From Halorussus marinus (GTDB lineage: Archaea; Halobacteriota; Halobacteria; Halobacteriales; Haladaptataceae): a stretch of DNA of 64,000 nucleotides. Under the pieces are notes generated by a model that was given only the letters and a program-made list of their open reading frames with translations, was not told the DNA's origin and ran no database searches. The stretch's first letter is position 1; every line of letters starts with the position of its first letter. The stretch spans positions 1 through 64,000 of the forward strand of contig NZ_SBIV01000003.1 in NCBI RefSeq assembly GCF_004765795.1. The letters are read 5' to 3'. This document shows, piece after piece, positions 38,340 to 49,572 of the stretch. A program made the position numbers and the translations under genes.

Positions 38340-38972
38340 ATGCTCGGAGCAGAACGCCGTGCGGTCTCGGTCCGCGCCTCGGAACTCGCCGAACTCACGC
38401 CCGGTCGCACCGGGAACCTGAGCGTCCGTCGCGAGGACCGCTTTGCCGTCACGCCCACGGGTGTCGCCTACGACCGGATCGACGCCGGCGACGTGCCGGT
38501 CGTCGACTTCGAGGGCGACCGGATCGCCGGCGAACTCGCGCCGTCCTCGGAGACGCCGATGCACACCGCGATCTACCGGGAGTTCGGGCCGGGCGCGATC
38601 GTCCATACTCACTCGCCGTGGTCCTCGACGCTCGCGATCCTCCACGAACCGATCCCGCCCGTCCACTACATGCTCGCGCTCGCGGGGACCACCGTCCCGG
38701 TCGCCGACTACGCCACCTACGGCACGCCGGCGCTCGCCGCGAACGCGGTCGAGGCGATGGAGGCGGCCGACGCCGAGGCGTGTCTGCTCGCCAACCACGG
38801 CTTGCTCGCGACCGGCGACGATCTGGACGCCGCGCTCGAAACCGCGGTCAACGTCGAGTACACCGCCCGCATCTACTGTCAGGCGAAGGCGATCGGCGAC
38901 CCCGTCGAACTGAGTCCCGACGAGATGGGCGCGGTCGCCGAGAAGTTCGAGGGGTACGGCCAGGAGGAGTGA
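38340..38972 (+). CDS. Class II aldolase/adducin (FucA-like)
   Basis: GNLSVR, PSSETPMH, HTHS, LLANHG. Confidence 0.9.
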   Translation: MLGAERRAVSVRASELAELTPGRTGNLSVRREDRFAVTPTGVAYDRIDAGDVPVVDFEGDRIAGELAPSSETPMHTAIYREFGPGAIVHTHSPWSSTLAILHEPIPPVHYMLALAGTTVPVADYATYGTPALAANAVEAMEAADAEACLLANHGLLATGDDLDAALETAVNVEYTARIYCQAKAIGDPVELSPDEMGAVAEKFEGYGQEE

Positions 38973-38980
38973 GTCGGCGC

Positions 38981-39307
38981 TCAGTGATCGGCGTTCTCCG
39001 CGCCCGCGCTCTCGCGGTCGCGGTCGGGGTCGGGGGCGGGTTCGCGGCGCCGGCGTTTGGTTTCGCGTCGGCTCGACCGACCCATCTTGTAGGCCGTGTA
39101 CAGCAGGTAGACTCCGGACAGGCCGACCAGAACGTAGACGAAGTACTCGACGGTCTCGGCCGGGCCGGGCCTGAAGATGGGCTCGAGCCCCAGCGCGACC
39201 ACGTTGATCGGATCGCCGGTCAGCCCCGTGAGCCCGAGGATGCCCCACGTCACCGCGCCGAGGATCGCGAACAGCATGGCGAGCCAGTCGAGACCGTTAG
39301 TGTGCAT
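38981..39307 (-). CDS. DUF378-like membrane protein
   Basis: LDWLAM..ILGAVTWGILG..VYVLVGLSGVY. Confidence 0.7.
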   Translation of the reverse strand: MHTNGLDWLAMLFAILGAVTWGILGLTGLTGDPINVVALGLEPIFRPGPAETVEYFVYVLVGLSGVYLLYTAYKMGRSSRRETKRRRREPAPDPDRDRESAGAENADH

Positions 39308-39531
39308 GCCGAACGATAGGCGCCCGACGTGCTTTGTTATTCGTCCCTTAGCGTTCGAGAATCACGGAGTACTCCGTTTCACGCTCGTTCCGCCGCCGTC
39401 GATCGACCCCAACGCACGTCGTCGCAGGCTCGCCTCACGGATCGGCCGTTTCGGGCCCGGACGTTCGACGAACGTCCAGTCCGGCGCCGAATACCCCACC
39501 CTTTTGACGACCGCGGCCCAACGTGGTTCCA

Positions 39532-40500
39532 ATGAGCCGCCGCCGGAAACCCGACTGGCTGAAGACACAGCCGCCCGCCGGGCGGGAGTTCACTGGGATC
39601 AAACAGACGCTCCGGGACCACGACCTCCACACCGTCTGTGAGGAGGCAAACTGCCCGAACCTCGGTGAGTGCTGGTCGGGCCGAAGCCGCGGGTCGCAGA
39701 ACGCCGAGGGCGGGAACTCCGATTCGGGCGGGACGGCGACGTTCATGCTGATGGGCGATCAGTGTACCCGCAACTGCGGCTTCTGCGACGTCGACACCGG
39801 CGGGGGCCAGCCGCTGGACCCCGACGAGCCCGCGAACGTGGCGAGCGCGGTGGCCGAGATCGGGCTCGACTACGTCGTGCTCACGTCGGTCGACCGCGAC
39901 GACCTCGAAGGGCAGGGGGCGGCCCACTTCGCCGAGACCATCCGGGAGATCAAGCGCCGGGACCCCTCGATCCTCGTGGAGGTGCTCATCCCGGACTTCC
40001 AGGGTGACGAACGGCTGATCCGAAAGATCATCGACGCCGAACCCGACGTGCTCGCTCACAACGTCGAGACGGTCGAGCGCCTCCAGCGCCCCGTCAGGGA
40101 TCCCCGTGCGGGCTACGACCAGAGCCTCGGCGTGCTCGAACAGGCCGAGCGGGAGTCGGACGTCTACACCAAGACCAGCATCATGCTCGGGGTCGGCGAG
40201 TACGACCACGAGGTGTACCAGACGCTGAGCGACCTCCGGGAGATCGACGTCGACATCGTGACCCTCGGTCAGTACCTCCAGCCCTCCCGAGACCACCTCG
40301 ACGTCTCGGCGTACGTCCACCCTTCGAAGTTCGAGACGTGGCGGCGGGTCGCCGAGGACGAACTCGACTTCCTCTACTGTGCCAGCGGGCCGATGGTCCG
40401 GTCGTCGTACAAGGCGGGCGAGCTGTTCGTCGACGCCCTGCTCCGGGACGGGAAGACCGTCGAACAGGCGCGCCGCGAGGCCCGCCGAGCCTCCGTCTGA
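39532..40500 (+). CDS. lipA: Lipoyl synthase
   Basis: CEEANCPNLGECW, CTRNCGFC, GPMVRSSY. Confidence 0.97.
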   Translation: MSRRRKPDWLKTQPPAGREFTGIKQTLRDHDLHTVCEEANCPNLGECWSGRSRGSQNAEGGNSDSGGTATFMLMGDQCTRNCGFCDVDTGGGQPLDPDEPANVASAVAEIGLDYVVLTSVDRDDLEGQGAAHFAETIREIKRRDPSILVEVLIPDFQGDERLIRKIIDAEPDVLAHNVETVERLQRPVRDPRAGYDQSLGVLEQAERESDVYTKTSIMLGVGEYDHEVYQTLSDLREIDVDIVTLGQYLQPSRDHLDVSAYVHPSKFETWRRVAEDELDFLYCASGPMVRSSYKAGELFVDALLRDGKTVEQARREARRASV

Positions 40501-40802
40501 GCGAGCGACGAAGCGACCCATCGGGGAGATCGAGACCCGCAGTGTCCCGAAGCGACCGAATACCTTGGTGTTCCGAGCGCCTCTCGAAGTTGGCGCAATT
40601 TTTGCCGTTTGTCCACCCAGTCCGGAGATACGCGGGTATACGTCTGACGAACGTCTACCATACTCGAAGAAAACTTAGAAACGAACGATTACTCGGCGGA
40701 GAATCGGAACTCCGGGTGGAAAGTGACGGGAGAACCATACTTATGGAAAGTTAGTTACGAAAACCCTATAATGCGTGCGGATGACCTATTGAATATGTCA
40801 GG

Positions 40803-41924
40803 ATGGGTTCGACCGTGAGCGTCGTACATCGAGACCCCCAGGACCGCGTACAGGTACTGGACGAGGACGGCAACGTCGTCGAGGGCGCGGAGGTCCCCGA
40901 CCTCTCCGACGACCGGATGGTAGAGATGTACCAGCAGATGCGGCTGGCCCGTCACTTCGACGAGCGGGCGGTCAGCCTCCAGCGCCAGGGCCGGATGGGG
41001 ACGTACCCGCCGCTGTCGGGCCAGGAGGGCGCACAGATCGGTAGCGCCCACGCGCTCGACGACGGCGACTGGCTGTTCCCGAGCTACCGCGAGCACGGCG
41101 CGGCGCTGGTTCGGGGGCTGTCGCTGAAACAGACCCTGCTGTACTGGATGGGCCACGAACAGGGCAACGCCGTCCCCGACGACGCCAACATCTTCACGGT
41201 CGCGGTTCCCATCGCGACCCAGATCCCCCACGCGACGGGGGCGTCGTGGGCCTCGAAGCTCAAGGGCGACGACAACGCCTTCCTCTGTTACTTCGGCGAC
41301 GGCGCCACCTCCGAGGGCGACTTCCACGAGGGACTGAACTTCGCGGGCGTGTTCGACACGCCGTCGGTGTTCTTCTGTAACAACAATCAGTGGGCGATCT
41401 CGGTGCCCCGCGAGCGCCAGACCGCCAGCGAGACCATCGCCCAGAAGGCCCAGGCGTACGGCTTCGAGGGCGTGCAGGTCGACGGGATGGACCCCCTCGC
41501 GGTGTACAAGGTGACCAGAGACGCCGTCGAGAAGGCCAAAGACCCCGGCGACGACGAGCAACGGCCGACGCTGATCGAGGCGGTCCAGTACCGCTTTGGC
41601 GCCCACACCACCGCCGACGACCCGTCGGTGTATCGCGACGACGACGAGGTCGAGCGCTGGAAGCAGAAAGACCCGATCCCCCGGCTGGAGTCGTTCCTGC
41701 GCGATCGGGGCGCGCTCGACGACGAGAAGATCGAGACCATCGAACGGGAGAACGAACAACGGGTCGCCGACGCCATCGACGCCGCCGAGGCGGTCGAACG
41801 CCCCGACCCCGAGGAGATGTTCGCCCACGTCTACGAGGGGATGCCCGGACGGCTCCAGGAACAGCTGGAGTGGTTCGACCGCGTCCGCGAACAGTACGGC
41901 GACGACGCGCTGCTGGAGGACTAA
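40803..41924 (+). CDS. pdhA: 2-oxoacid dehydrogenase E1 alpha
   Basis: [20 protein letters not shown] motif, HTTADDP. Confidence 0.95.
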   Translation: MGSTVSVVHRDPQDRVQVLDEDGNVVEGAEVPDLSDDRMVEMYQQMRLARHFDERAVSLQRQGRMGTYPPLSGQEGAQIGSAHALDDGDWLFPSYREHGAALVRGLSLKQTLLYWMGHEQGNAVPDDANIFTVAVPIATQIPHATGASWASKLKGDDNAFLCYFGDGATSEGDFHEGLNFAGVFDTPSVFFCNNNQWAISVPRERQTASETIAQKAQAYGFEGVQVDGMDPLAVYKVTRDAVEKAKDPGDDEQRPTLIEAVQYRFGAHTTADDPSVYRDDDEVERWKQKDPIPRLESFLRDRGALDDEKIETIERENEQRVADAIDAAEAVERPDPEEMFAHVYEGMPGRLQEQLEWFDRVREQYGDDALLED

Positions 41925-41926
41925 CT

Positions 41927-42928
41927 ATGAGCCAGCCAGACTCAGAGCAAGCGACCGAGAACCTCACGCTGGTGCAGGCGGTTCGAGACGGCCTGCACAC
42001 CGAGATGGAGCGGGACGAAGACGTGCTCGTGATGGGCGAGGACGTCGGCAAGAACGGCGGCGTGTTCCGGGCCACCGAGGGCCTCTACGACGAGTTCGGC
42101 GACGATCGCGTGATCGACACGCCGCTCGCCGAATCGGGCATCGTGGGCACCGCGGTCGGGATGGCCGCCTACGGCCTGAAGCCCGTGCCCGAGATCCAGT
42201 TTCTCGGATTCATCTACCCCGCGTTCGACCAGATCGTGAGCCACGTCGCGCGCCTGCGCACCCGGAGCCGCGGACGGTTCACCTGTCCGATGGTGATCCG
42301 TGCGCCCTACGGCGGCGGGATCCGGGCGCCCGAGCACCACTCCGAGTCGACGGAGGCGTTTTTCGCCCACCAGCCCGGACTGAAGGTGGTCATCCCGAGC
42401 ACGCCCTACGACACCAAGGGCCTGCTCGCGTCGGCCATCCGGGACCCCGATCCGGTGATGTTCCTCGAACCGAAGCTCATCTACCGGGCGTTCCGGGGCG
42501 ACGTGCCGACCGACTCCTACGAGGTGCCGATCGGCGAAGCCGCGGTCCGCCGGGAGGGATCGGACGTCTCGGTGTTTACGTGGGGCGCGATGACCCGGCC
42601 GACGCTCGAAGCCGCCGAGCAACTCGAGGGCGAGATCGACGTCGAGGTCGTCGACCTCCGGACGATCTCGCCGCTCGACGAGGAGACCATCGTCGAATCG
42701 TTCAAGAAGACCGGGCGGGCCGCGGTGGTCCACGAGGCGCCGAAGTCGGGCGGTCTCGGCGGCGAGATCGCCTCGATTATCCAGGAGGAGGCGCTGTTGT
42801 ATCAGGAGGCGCCGGTCGAGCGCATCACCGGCTTCGACACGCCGTTCCCGCTGTACGCGCTCGAAGACTACTACCTGCCGGAGCCGGCCCGGATCAAGGA
42901 AGGCATCCGCGACGCGGTGAGCTTCTAA
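41927..42928 (+). CDS. pdhB: 2-oxoacid dehydrogenase E1 beta
   Basis: GEDVGKNGGVFR, DTPLAESGI, EHHSE; start MSQPDS. Confidence 0.95.
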   Translation: MSQPDSEQATENLTLVQAVRDGLHTEMERDEDVLVMGEDVGKNGGVFRATEGLYDEFGDDRVIDTPLAESGIVGTAVGMAAYGLKPVPEIQFLGFIYPAFDQIVSHVARLRTRSRGRFTCPMVIRAPYGGGIRAPEHHSESTEAFFAHQPGLKVVIPSTPYDTKGLLASAIRDPDPVMFLEPKLIYRAFRGDVPTDSYEVPIGEAAVRREGSDVSVFTWGAMTRPTLEAAEQLEGEIDVEVVDLRTISPLDEETIVESFKKTGRAAVVHEAPKSGGLGGEIASIIQEEALLYQEAPVERITGFDTPFPLYALEDYYLPEPARIKEGIRDAVSF

Positions 42929-42929
42929 C

Positions 42930-44474
42930 ATGGTACGCGAATTCAAACTTCCCGACGTCGGCGAAGGCGTCAGCGAGGGCGAGATCGTCACCTGGCTGGT
43001 CGAGGAGGGCGACCCGGTCTCGGAGGACCAGCCGGTCGCCGAGGTCGAGACCGACAAGGCGATCGTCGAAGTCCCCTCGCCGGTGAACGGCACGGTGCGG
43101 GAGATCATCCCCGGGGAGGGGGAGGTCGTCCCGGTCGGCGACGTCATCATCACCTTCGACGTGGAGGGCGAACCGGTCGAAGACCAGACCGAGGGCGAAG
43201 CGAAGCGCGCCGGCGAAGCCGACTCCGAGGCCGACGCCGAACCGACGGCCCCGGACGCCGGCGACTCCGAGGAGGTCTCGACCGGCGAGGGACGGGTGTT
43301 CGCCGCCCCGAGCGCCCGCCGACTCGCCCGCGAGCTCGGCGTCGACATCGCCGCGGTCGAGGGCTCGGGCCCGAGCGGTCGCGTGACCGACCGGGACGTG
43401 CGCGCCGCCGCCGAACCGGGCGAGAGCTCCGACACTTCAGACGACGGCGCCGACGAGCGCGACGAGGCGCTCGCGGCGGCCGAGGAGCCGGTCGGCGACG
43501 ACGTCGCGGCGACCCGCGAACAGGGCGCTCAGCCCACGACCGAGGACTTCTCGGCGCCCGCCGAGTCGGCCGACCGCGACCGGACGCTGGCCGCCCCCGC
43601 GACGCGGCGGATCGCCGACGAGCGGGGCGTCGACCTGAACGCGGTCCCCGCGACCGAACAGCGCGACGGCGAGGCGTTCGTCACCGAACAGGCCGTCCGG
43701 GAGTACGCCGAGGCCCAACAGCGCGCCCAGCGCGCCGACGCCGCGGGATCGGCCGGCGCCGGCGCCGAGTCGGGCGAGCGGGTCGAGCGCGTCCAGTACA
43801 AGGGCGTCCGCAAGACCATCGGCGAGGCGATGTCGAATTCGAAGTTCACCGCGCCCCACGTCACCCACCACGACACCGCGGTGGTCGACGAGCTGGTCGC
43901 GACCCGCGAGCGGCTCAAGCCCAGAGCCGACGAGCAGGGCATCCGGCTGACCTACATGCCGTTCGTGATGAAGGCGGTCGTCGCGGCGCTCAAGCGCCAC
44001 CCCAAGCTCAACGCCGAACTCGACGAGGAAGCCGGCGAGATCCTGCGCAAGAACTACTACAACGTCGGGGTCGCGACCGCGACCGACGCCGGCCTGATGG
44101 TGCCGGTCGTCGAGAACGTCGACGGGAAGGGCCTGCTCCAGATATCGAGCGAGGTCAACGAACTGGTCCAGAAGGCCCGGGACCGCTCGATCGCCCGCGA
44201 GGAGCTACAGGGCTCGACGTTCACCGTCACCAACTTCGGCGCCATCGGCGGCGAGTACGCCACGCCCATCCTCAACCACCCCGAAGTGGGGATCCTCGGC
44301 ATCGGCGAGCTGAAACAGCGGCCCGTCGTGGAAGACGGCGAGGTCGTGGCGAAGCACACCCTCCCCATTTCGCTGACCATCGACCACCGGATCGTCGACG
44401 GCGCCGACGCCGCGGCGTTCGCCAACACGTTCATGGAGTACGTCGAGAATCCCGAACTCCTCTTGCTGGAGTAG
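42930..44474 (+). CDS. pdhC: Dihydrolipoamide acyltransferase E2
   Basis: Lipoyl ETDKA, E3-binding domains, DHRIVDG. Confidence 0.95.
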   Translation: MVREFKLPDVGEGVSEGEIVTWLVEEGDPVSEDQPVAEVETDKAIVEVPSPVNGTVREIIPGEGEVVPVGDVIITFDVEGEPVEDQTEGEAKRAGEADSEADAEPTAPDAGDSEEVSTGEGRVFAAPSARRLARELGVDIAAVEGSGPSGRVTDRDVRAAAEPGESSDTSDDGADERDEALAAAEEPVGDDVAATREQGAQPTTEDFSAPAESADRDRTLAAPATRRIADERGVDLNAVPATEQRDGEAFVTEQAVREYAEAQQRAQRADAAGSAGAGAESGERVERVQYKGVRKTIGEAMSNSKFTAPHVTHHDTAVVDELVATRERLKPRADEQGIRLTYMPFVMKAVVAALKRHPKLNAELDEEAGEILRKNYYNVGVATATDAGLMVPVVENVDGKGLLQISSEVNELVQKARDRSIAREELQGSTFTVTNFGAIGGEYATPILNHPEVGILGIGELKQRPVVEDGEVVAKHTLPISLTIDHRIVDGADAAAFANTFMEYVENPELLLLE

Positions 44475-44615
44475 GTCGGGATCGCCCGTCTCCGCCCCAC
44501 CGCGGTCGTCCGGCGAGCACGGAGCGGCCGAGCGCGCACGCTCCGTTCGCGACCCGCGTTCGGGACGCGTCTCGACCACACTGTTATGGCGCAGTCCGCC
44601 AAAGGGATACGGGAG

Positions 44616-44882
44616 ATGGGAGACACAGACGCCGACCGCGAACGCGAGCCCGAAAGCGCGAACCCGCCCGGTTCGTGTCACCGTCGCGGGTGTGACAACC
44701 CGCCGGAGTTCGTCGTCCTCGAACGCTACCAAGAGGAGACCGGCCACGGCACCGTCGAGGCGCGAGCCTTCCTGTGTCGAGCACACACCGCCGAGGAGAG
44801 CCCCGCGAACCTCGACGCCGCCGCCGGGGACTACGTGTTTCGCGTCGAGCCGGTCTCTCGCCCGGACGACGACGCCGCGTGA
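44616..44882 (+). CDS. Small Cys/His protein downstream of E2
   Basis: CHRRGC...LCRAH; acidic. Confidence 0.65.
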   Translation: MGDTDADREREPESANPPGSCHRRGCDNPPEFVVLERYQEETGHGTVEARAFLCRAHTAEESPANLDAAAGDYVFRVEPVSRPDDDAA

Positions 44883-44990
44883 CCGTCGGGTGAGCGTGAT
44901 CGAGGAGCCGACCGACACCGCGACGGGCGACGCTCCCGTCGGCGGGGCGACTGAGAAAGTACTTTAGGTCGCCTCCCGCCACTGGCAAAT

Positions 44991-46208
44991 ATGACCGGAG
45001 TCACGCTGACCGACGTCGAGGCCGCCCGCGAGCGCTTCGACGAGTCGGTCGTCCAGCGCACCCCGATCGAACGGAGCCGGTCGCTGAGCGAGATGACCGG
45101 CGCCGAGGTCGAGCTCAAGATGGAGCACCTCCAGCGCACCGGCTCGTTCAAGACCCGGGGGGCCTCGAACAAGATCAAACAGGTCGTCGAGGCCGGCGAC
45201 GCCGCCCGGGTCGTGGCCGCGAGCGCGGGCAACCACGCCCAAGGGGTCGCGCTGGCCGCGACCACCGCCGGCGTCGACGCGACGATCGTGATGCCCGAGA
45301 ACGCCCCGCAGGCGAAGGTCGATGCCACCCGCGAGTACGGCGCGACCGTCGAGCTCCGGGGCCGGGACTTTCAGGGCGCGATGGAGTACGCCGAGTCGCT
45401 GACCGAGGCCGACGACACCGCGTTCGTCCACGCCTACGACGACCCCGCCATCGTCGCCGGACAGGGGACCATCGGCCTCGAAATCCACGAGCAACTGCCC
45501 GACGTCGACACCGTCGTCGTCCCGATCGGCGGAGGCGGGCTGATCGGCGGCGCCAGCGCCGCGCTGGCCGAACTCGACCCGGAGATCCGCGTGGTGGGCG
45601 TCCAGGCCGAGCAGGCCGCGACCGTGCCCGAGAGCCTCGATAAGGGGATTCCGGCCTCGATCGACTCGCCGAAGACGATCGCCGACGGCATCGCCACCGG
45701 CGGCATCTCGGAGCTGACGCTCGGACTCATCGACGACCACGTCGACGAGGTGGTGACCGTCAGCGACGACGAGATCGCTCGCGCGGAGCTCGTGTTGCTC
45801 GAACGCGCCAAGCAACTGGTCGAGGCCGCGGGAGCGTCGTCGGTCGCGGCGCTGCTCTCGTCCGACCTCGACGTCGCGGACGAGACCGTGGTCCCGGTGT
45901 TGTCGGGGGGCAACATCGACATGTCGATGCTCCAGACGGTGCTCACACAGGCGCTGACCGAGCGCAGTCAGCTGGTCCGGCTCCGGATCCGGATCGAGGA
46001 CCAGCCCGGCGAGATGACCACCCTGTCGGGGCTGATCGGCGACACCGGCGCGAACATCCGGACCGTCCGCCACGACCGGGCGGTCGACGACCTCCGGGTC
46101 GGCGAGGCGTACCTCGTCTTTCAGGTCGTCACCAACGGGGCCGGCCACGCCCGGACCATCGCCGAGTCGGTCCGCGAGGCGGGCTACGAAGTCGAGCGCG
46201 TGGCGTAA
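44991..46208 (+). CDS. ilvA: Threonine ammonia-lyase with ACT domain
   Basis: QRTGSFKTRG, SAGNHAQG, GGGGL, SGGN. Confidence 0.93.
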   Translation: MTGVTLTDVEAARERFDESVVQRTPIERSRSLSEMTGAEVELKMEHLQRTGSFKTRGASNKIKQVVEAGDAARVVAASAGNHAQGVALAATTAGVDATIVMPENAPQAKVDATREYGATVELRGRDFQGAMEYAESLTEADDTAFVHAYDDPAIVAGQGTIGLEIHEQLPDVDTVVVPIGGGGLIGGASAALAELDPEIRVVGVQAEQAATVPESLDKGIPASIDSPKTIADGIATGGISELTLGLIDDHVDEVVTVSDDEIARAELVLLERAKQLVEAAGASSVAALLSSDLDVADETVVPVLSGGNIDMSMLQTVLTQALTERSQLVRLRIRIEDQPGEMTTLSGLIGDTGANIRTVRHDRAVDDLRVGEAYLVFQVVTNGAGHARTIAESVREAGYEVERVA

Positions 46209-46381
46209 GCGACCCGCCGCGACCCCCGGTAGTTACGGGCGCGTCACCCGGCAACCCCGATGCCGTCTGGCGACGTTCGCGTCCGCGAGCGCTTATGGTG
46301 TCGGCGCGAGTACGTCCGGTCGAAGAGCGACGCGTCGCTCGGCTCCGAGAAGTCGAGCCGGCGCGTCCCGGAGATTTACCC

Positions 46382-47038
46382 ATGGAACACGACAAAGCGG
46401 CCTACGCGGACGACGTCTCCTACGACGAATCGCTCGACGAACTCCCCACCGACGACGAACTCGAAACGGCGGTCTCGAACCTCGAAGACCGCGGCTTCGG
46501 GGTCGTCGTGGTCGACACCGCCGAGGACGCACTGGCGGAGCTCAAATCCCGAATCCCCGAGGGCGCCTCGGTGATGAACGGTCACTCCACGACGCTCGAG
46601 GAGATCGGGTTCGACGACTACCTGATGGACGGCGACCACAACTGGCAGAACCTCCACGCGGAGGTCTTCGACATCGACGACGACACCGAGCGCGCCGCCG
46701 CGCGCCGCGAGGCCCAGACGGCCGACTACTTCCTCGGCGGCGTCAACGCCGTCGCCCAGTCGGGCGAACTCGTCGCGGCCGACGCCTCGGGAAGCCGGAT
46801 CGGCGCCTACCCGTTCGCGGCTGCCAACCTCCTGCTGGTCACCGGCGCGAACAAGGTCGTCGACGACCTCGACGCCGCGCTCGACCGCCTCGAGAACGTC
46901 GCCTACCCCCTCGAAGACGCCCGCGCCGAGGACGTGTACGGCGCGCCGAGCGCGATCGCCAAACAGCTCATCTACCGCTACGAGAACGACGACGACCGGA
47001 CGACGGTCGTGCTCGTCCGCGAGTCTCTGGGCTACTGA
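46382..47038 (+). CDS. LUD-domain (lactate utilisation) protein
   Basis: GHSTTL, DYFLGGVNA, DASGSR, GANKVV. Confidence 0.8.
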   Translation: MEHDKAAYADDVSYDESLDELPTDDELETAVSNLEDRGFGVVVVDTAEDALAELKSRIPEGASVMNGHSTTLEEIGFDDYLMDGDHNWQNLHAEVFDIDDDTERAAARREAQTADYFLGGVNAVAQSGELVAADASGSRIGAYPFAAANLLLVTGANKVVDDLDAALDRLENVAYPLEDARAEDVYGAPSAIAKQLIYRYENDDDRTTVVLVRESLGY

Positions 47039-47134
47039 GTCGGCGGGGCCGGGCCGGCCGTTCGCGGCCGACCGCCCACTCGCCGTCGCAAAACCCGCCT
47101 GATTTTTCACCGGGTAGCCCGATTTACCGACCAC

Positions 47135-48559
47135 ATGGTCGTCGGAGACATCTCTACGGGCACGGACGTGTTAGTAATCGGCGCGGGACCGGGCGGCTAC
47201 GTCGCCGCGATCCGGGCGGGCCAGCTCGACCTCGACGTGACGCTGGTCGAGAAAGACGCCTACGGCGGGACCTGTCTCAACTACGGCTGTATCCCGTCGA
47301 AGGCGATGATCACGGCCTCGGATCTGGCCCACGAGGCCGGCCACGCCGAGGAGATGGGAATCTACGCAGACCCCGAGGTCGAGATGGGCGAGATGGTCGG
47401 GTGGAAAGACGGCGTGGTCGACCAGCTCACCGGCGGCGTCGAGAAGCTCTGTAAGGCCAACGGCGTCGAGCTGATGGAGGGTCGCGCGGAGTTCGCCGGC
47501 GAGAACTCCGCGCGCGTCGTCCACGGCGGCGACGGGCAGGGCGCCGAGACCGTCGAGTTCGAACACGCCATCGTTTCGACTGGAAGTCGCCCCATTGAGG
47601 TGCCGGGCTTCGACTTCGGCGACGAGCCGGTCCTCGACTCCCGGCAGGCGCTGGCGCTCGCGGAGGTGCCCGAAAGCCTGGTCATCGTCGGCGCGGGCTA
47701 CATCGGGATGGAGCTGGCGGGCGTGTTCGCCAAGCTCGGGACCGACGTGACCGTCGTCGAGATGCTCGACTCGGTGCTACCGGCCTACGAGGACGACCTC
47801 GCGCGCCCGGTCAAGAAGAACGCCGAGTCGCTTGGCGTCGACTTTCACTTCGGCGAGGCCGCCAGCGGCTGGGAGGAGGCCGGCGACGGGATCACCGTCG
47901 CGACCGAAGACGAGGACGGCGAGGTCTCGGAGTTCGGCGCCGAAAAGGTCCTCGTGGCGGTCGGCCGCGACCCCGTCACCGACACCCTCGAACTGTCGAA
48001 CGCGGGGGTCGAGACGACCGACGCCGGATTCATCGAGACCGACGACCGCGCCCGGTCGAACGTCGAGCACGTCTTCGCGGTCGGCGACGTTGCGGGCGAG
48101 CCGATGCTGGCCCACAAGGCGAGCAAGGAGGGGCAGGTCGCCGCCGAGGTCATCGCGGGCGAGCCCGCGGCCCTCGACTATCAGGCGGTTCCCGCCGCGG
48201 TGTTCACCGACCCCGAAATCGCCACCGTGGGCCTGACCGAGGCCGAGGCCGACGAGGAGGGCTTCGAGCCGACGGTCGGACAGTTCCCGTTCAACGCCTC
48301 GGGACGAGCGCTCACCACCGGCCACGCCGAGGGGTTCGTCCGGGTCGTCGCCGACGAGCCAAGCGGCTTCCTGCTGGGCGCACAGATCGTCGGGCCGGAG
48401 GCCTCCGAACTGATCGCCGAACTCGGATTCGCCATCGAGATGGGCGCGACGCTCGAGGACGTCGCCTCGACCATCCACACCCACCCGACCCTCTCGGAGG
48501 CCGTGATGGAGGCCGCCGAGAACGCGCTCGACCACGCGATCCACACGCTGAACCGGTAG
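47135..48559 (+). CDS. lpdA: Dihydrolipoyl dehydrogenase E3
   Basis: GAGPGG, GGTCLNYGCIPSK, HTHPTLSE. Confidence 0.97.
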   Translation: MVVGDISTGTDVLVIGAGPGGYVAAIRAGQLDLDVTLVEKDAYGGTCLNYGCIPSKAMITASDLAHEAGHAEEMGIYADPEVEMGEMVGWKDGVVDQLTGGVEKLCKANGVELMEGRAEFAGENSARVVHGGDGQGAETVEFEHAIVSTGSRPIEVPGFDFGDEPVLDSRQALALAEVPESLVIVGAGYIGMELAGVFAKLGTDVTVVEMLDSVLPAYEDDLARPVKKNAESLGVDFHFGEAASGWEEAGDGITVATEDEDGEVSEFGAEKVLVAVGRDPVTDTLELSNAGVETTDAGFIETDDRARSNVEHVFAVGDVAGEPMLAHKASKEGQVAAEVIAGEPAALDYQAVPAAVFTDPEIATVGLTEAEADEEGFEPTVGQFPFNASGRALTTGHAEGFVRVVADEPSGFLLGAQIVGPEASELIAELGFAIEMGATLEDVASTIHTHPTLSEAVMEAAENALDHAIHTLNR

Positions 48560-48698
48560 GAGCCGCCCGCCGACTCCGCGGATTTTCCCCCGACCGTCCG
48601 GAGACCGAGAGACGACTCGCCGCCCCGGAGCCGTCGGGGCTCTCGAACGCTGTCAGACCCGACGGCCTTTTGTCCTCAACAGCGAAACACACCGCCAC

Positions 48699-49505
48699 AT
48701 GCAAGCAGTCACGCTCGGTCCGTCCGGGACCTACTCCCACCGGGCCGCCAGCGCGGTGGCCGACGACGTCGAGTTCCGGGAGTCGGTCACCGCCATCGTC
48801 GAAGCGGTCGCCGACGAGTCGTTCGAGCGCGGGGTCGTCCCCATCGAGAACAGCATCGAGGGAAGCGTGACCGAGACGCTCGACGCGCTGGCCGACCGCG
48901 AGGTCTCGGTCGTTCGGGAGGTCGTCACCCCGATCCGCCACGCCCTGCTCGCCCAGAGCGGGAACTTCTCGACGATCGCCAGCCACTCGCAGGCGCTCGC
49001 TCAGTGTCGGTCGTACCTCGAATCCGAGTACCCCGACGCCGACCTCGAAGCGGTCGCCAGCACCGCCCGCGGGGTCGAGCGCGCCCGCGAGGACCCGACG
49101 GTCGCGGGCATCGGCCACCCCGACAACGCGGGCGAGGACCTGGAAATCGTCGCCGAGGGGATTCAGGACCGGACGTCGAACGCGACCCGCTTTTTCGTCA
49201 TCGCGCCCACGAGCCACCGGTCCGAGGCCGGCGGGAAGTCCTCGCTGGTCGTGTATCCGAACGCCAACTACCCCGGCCTGCTGCTCGAACTGCTCGAACC
49301 GTTCGCCGACCGGGACATCAACCTCACGCGGGTCGAGTCCCGGCCGAGCGGCGAGCGCCTGGGCGACTACGTGTTCCACCTCGACTTCGCGGCGGGCCTC
49401 TACGAGGAGCGCTCGCAGGCCGCCATCGCGGCGCTCGAAGACATCGCCGAGAACGGCTGGGTCCGGCGGCTCGGCTCGTACGACACCGAGCACGTCCTCT
49501 ACTGA
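48699..49505 (+). CDS. pheA: Prephenate dehydratase
   Basis: LGPSGTYS, PIENSIEG, SHSQALAQC, NATRF, ESRPS. Confidence 0.95.
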   Translation: MQAVTLGPSGTYSHRAASAVADDVEFRESVTAIVEAVADESFERGVVPIENSIEGSVTETLDALADREVSVVREVVTPIRHALLAQSGNFSTIASHSQALAQCRSYLESEYPDADLEAVASTARGVERAREDPTVAGIGHPDNAGEDLEIVAEGIQDRTSNATRFFVIAPTSHRSEAGGKSSLVVYPNANYPGLLLELLEPFADRDINLTRVESRPSGERLGDYVFHLDFAAGLYEERSQAAIAALEDIAENGWVRRLGSYDTEHVLY

Positions 49506-49572
49506 CCCGAACGAATTTTTAAGGCCGGGCGCGCCGAACCTCCGCCGGGCGGGAACGCCCGTGGGGGATACT

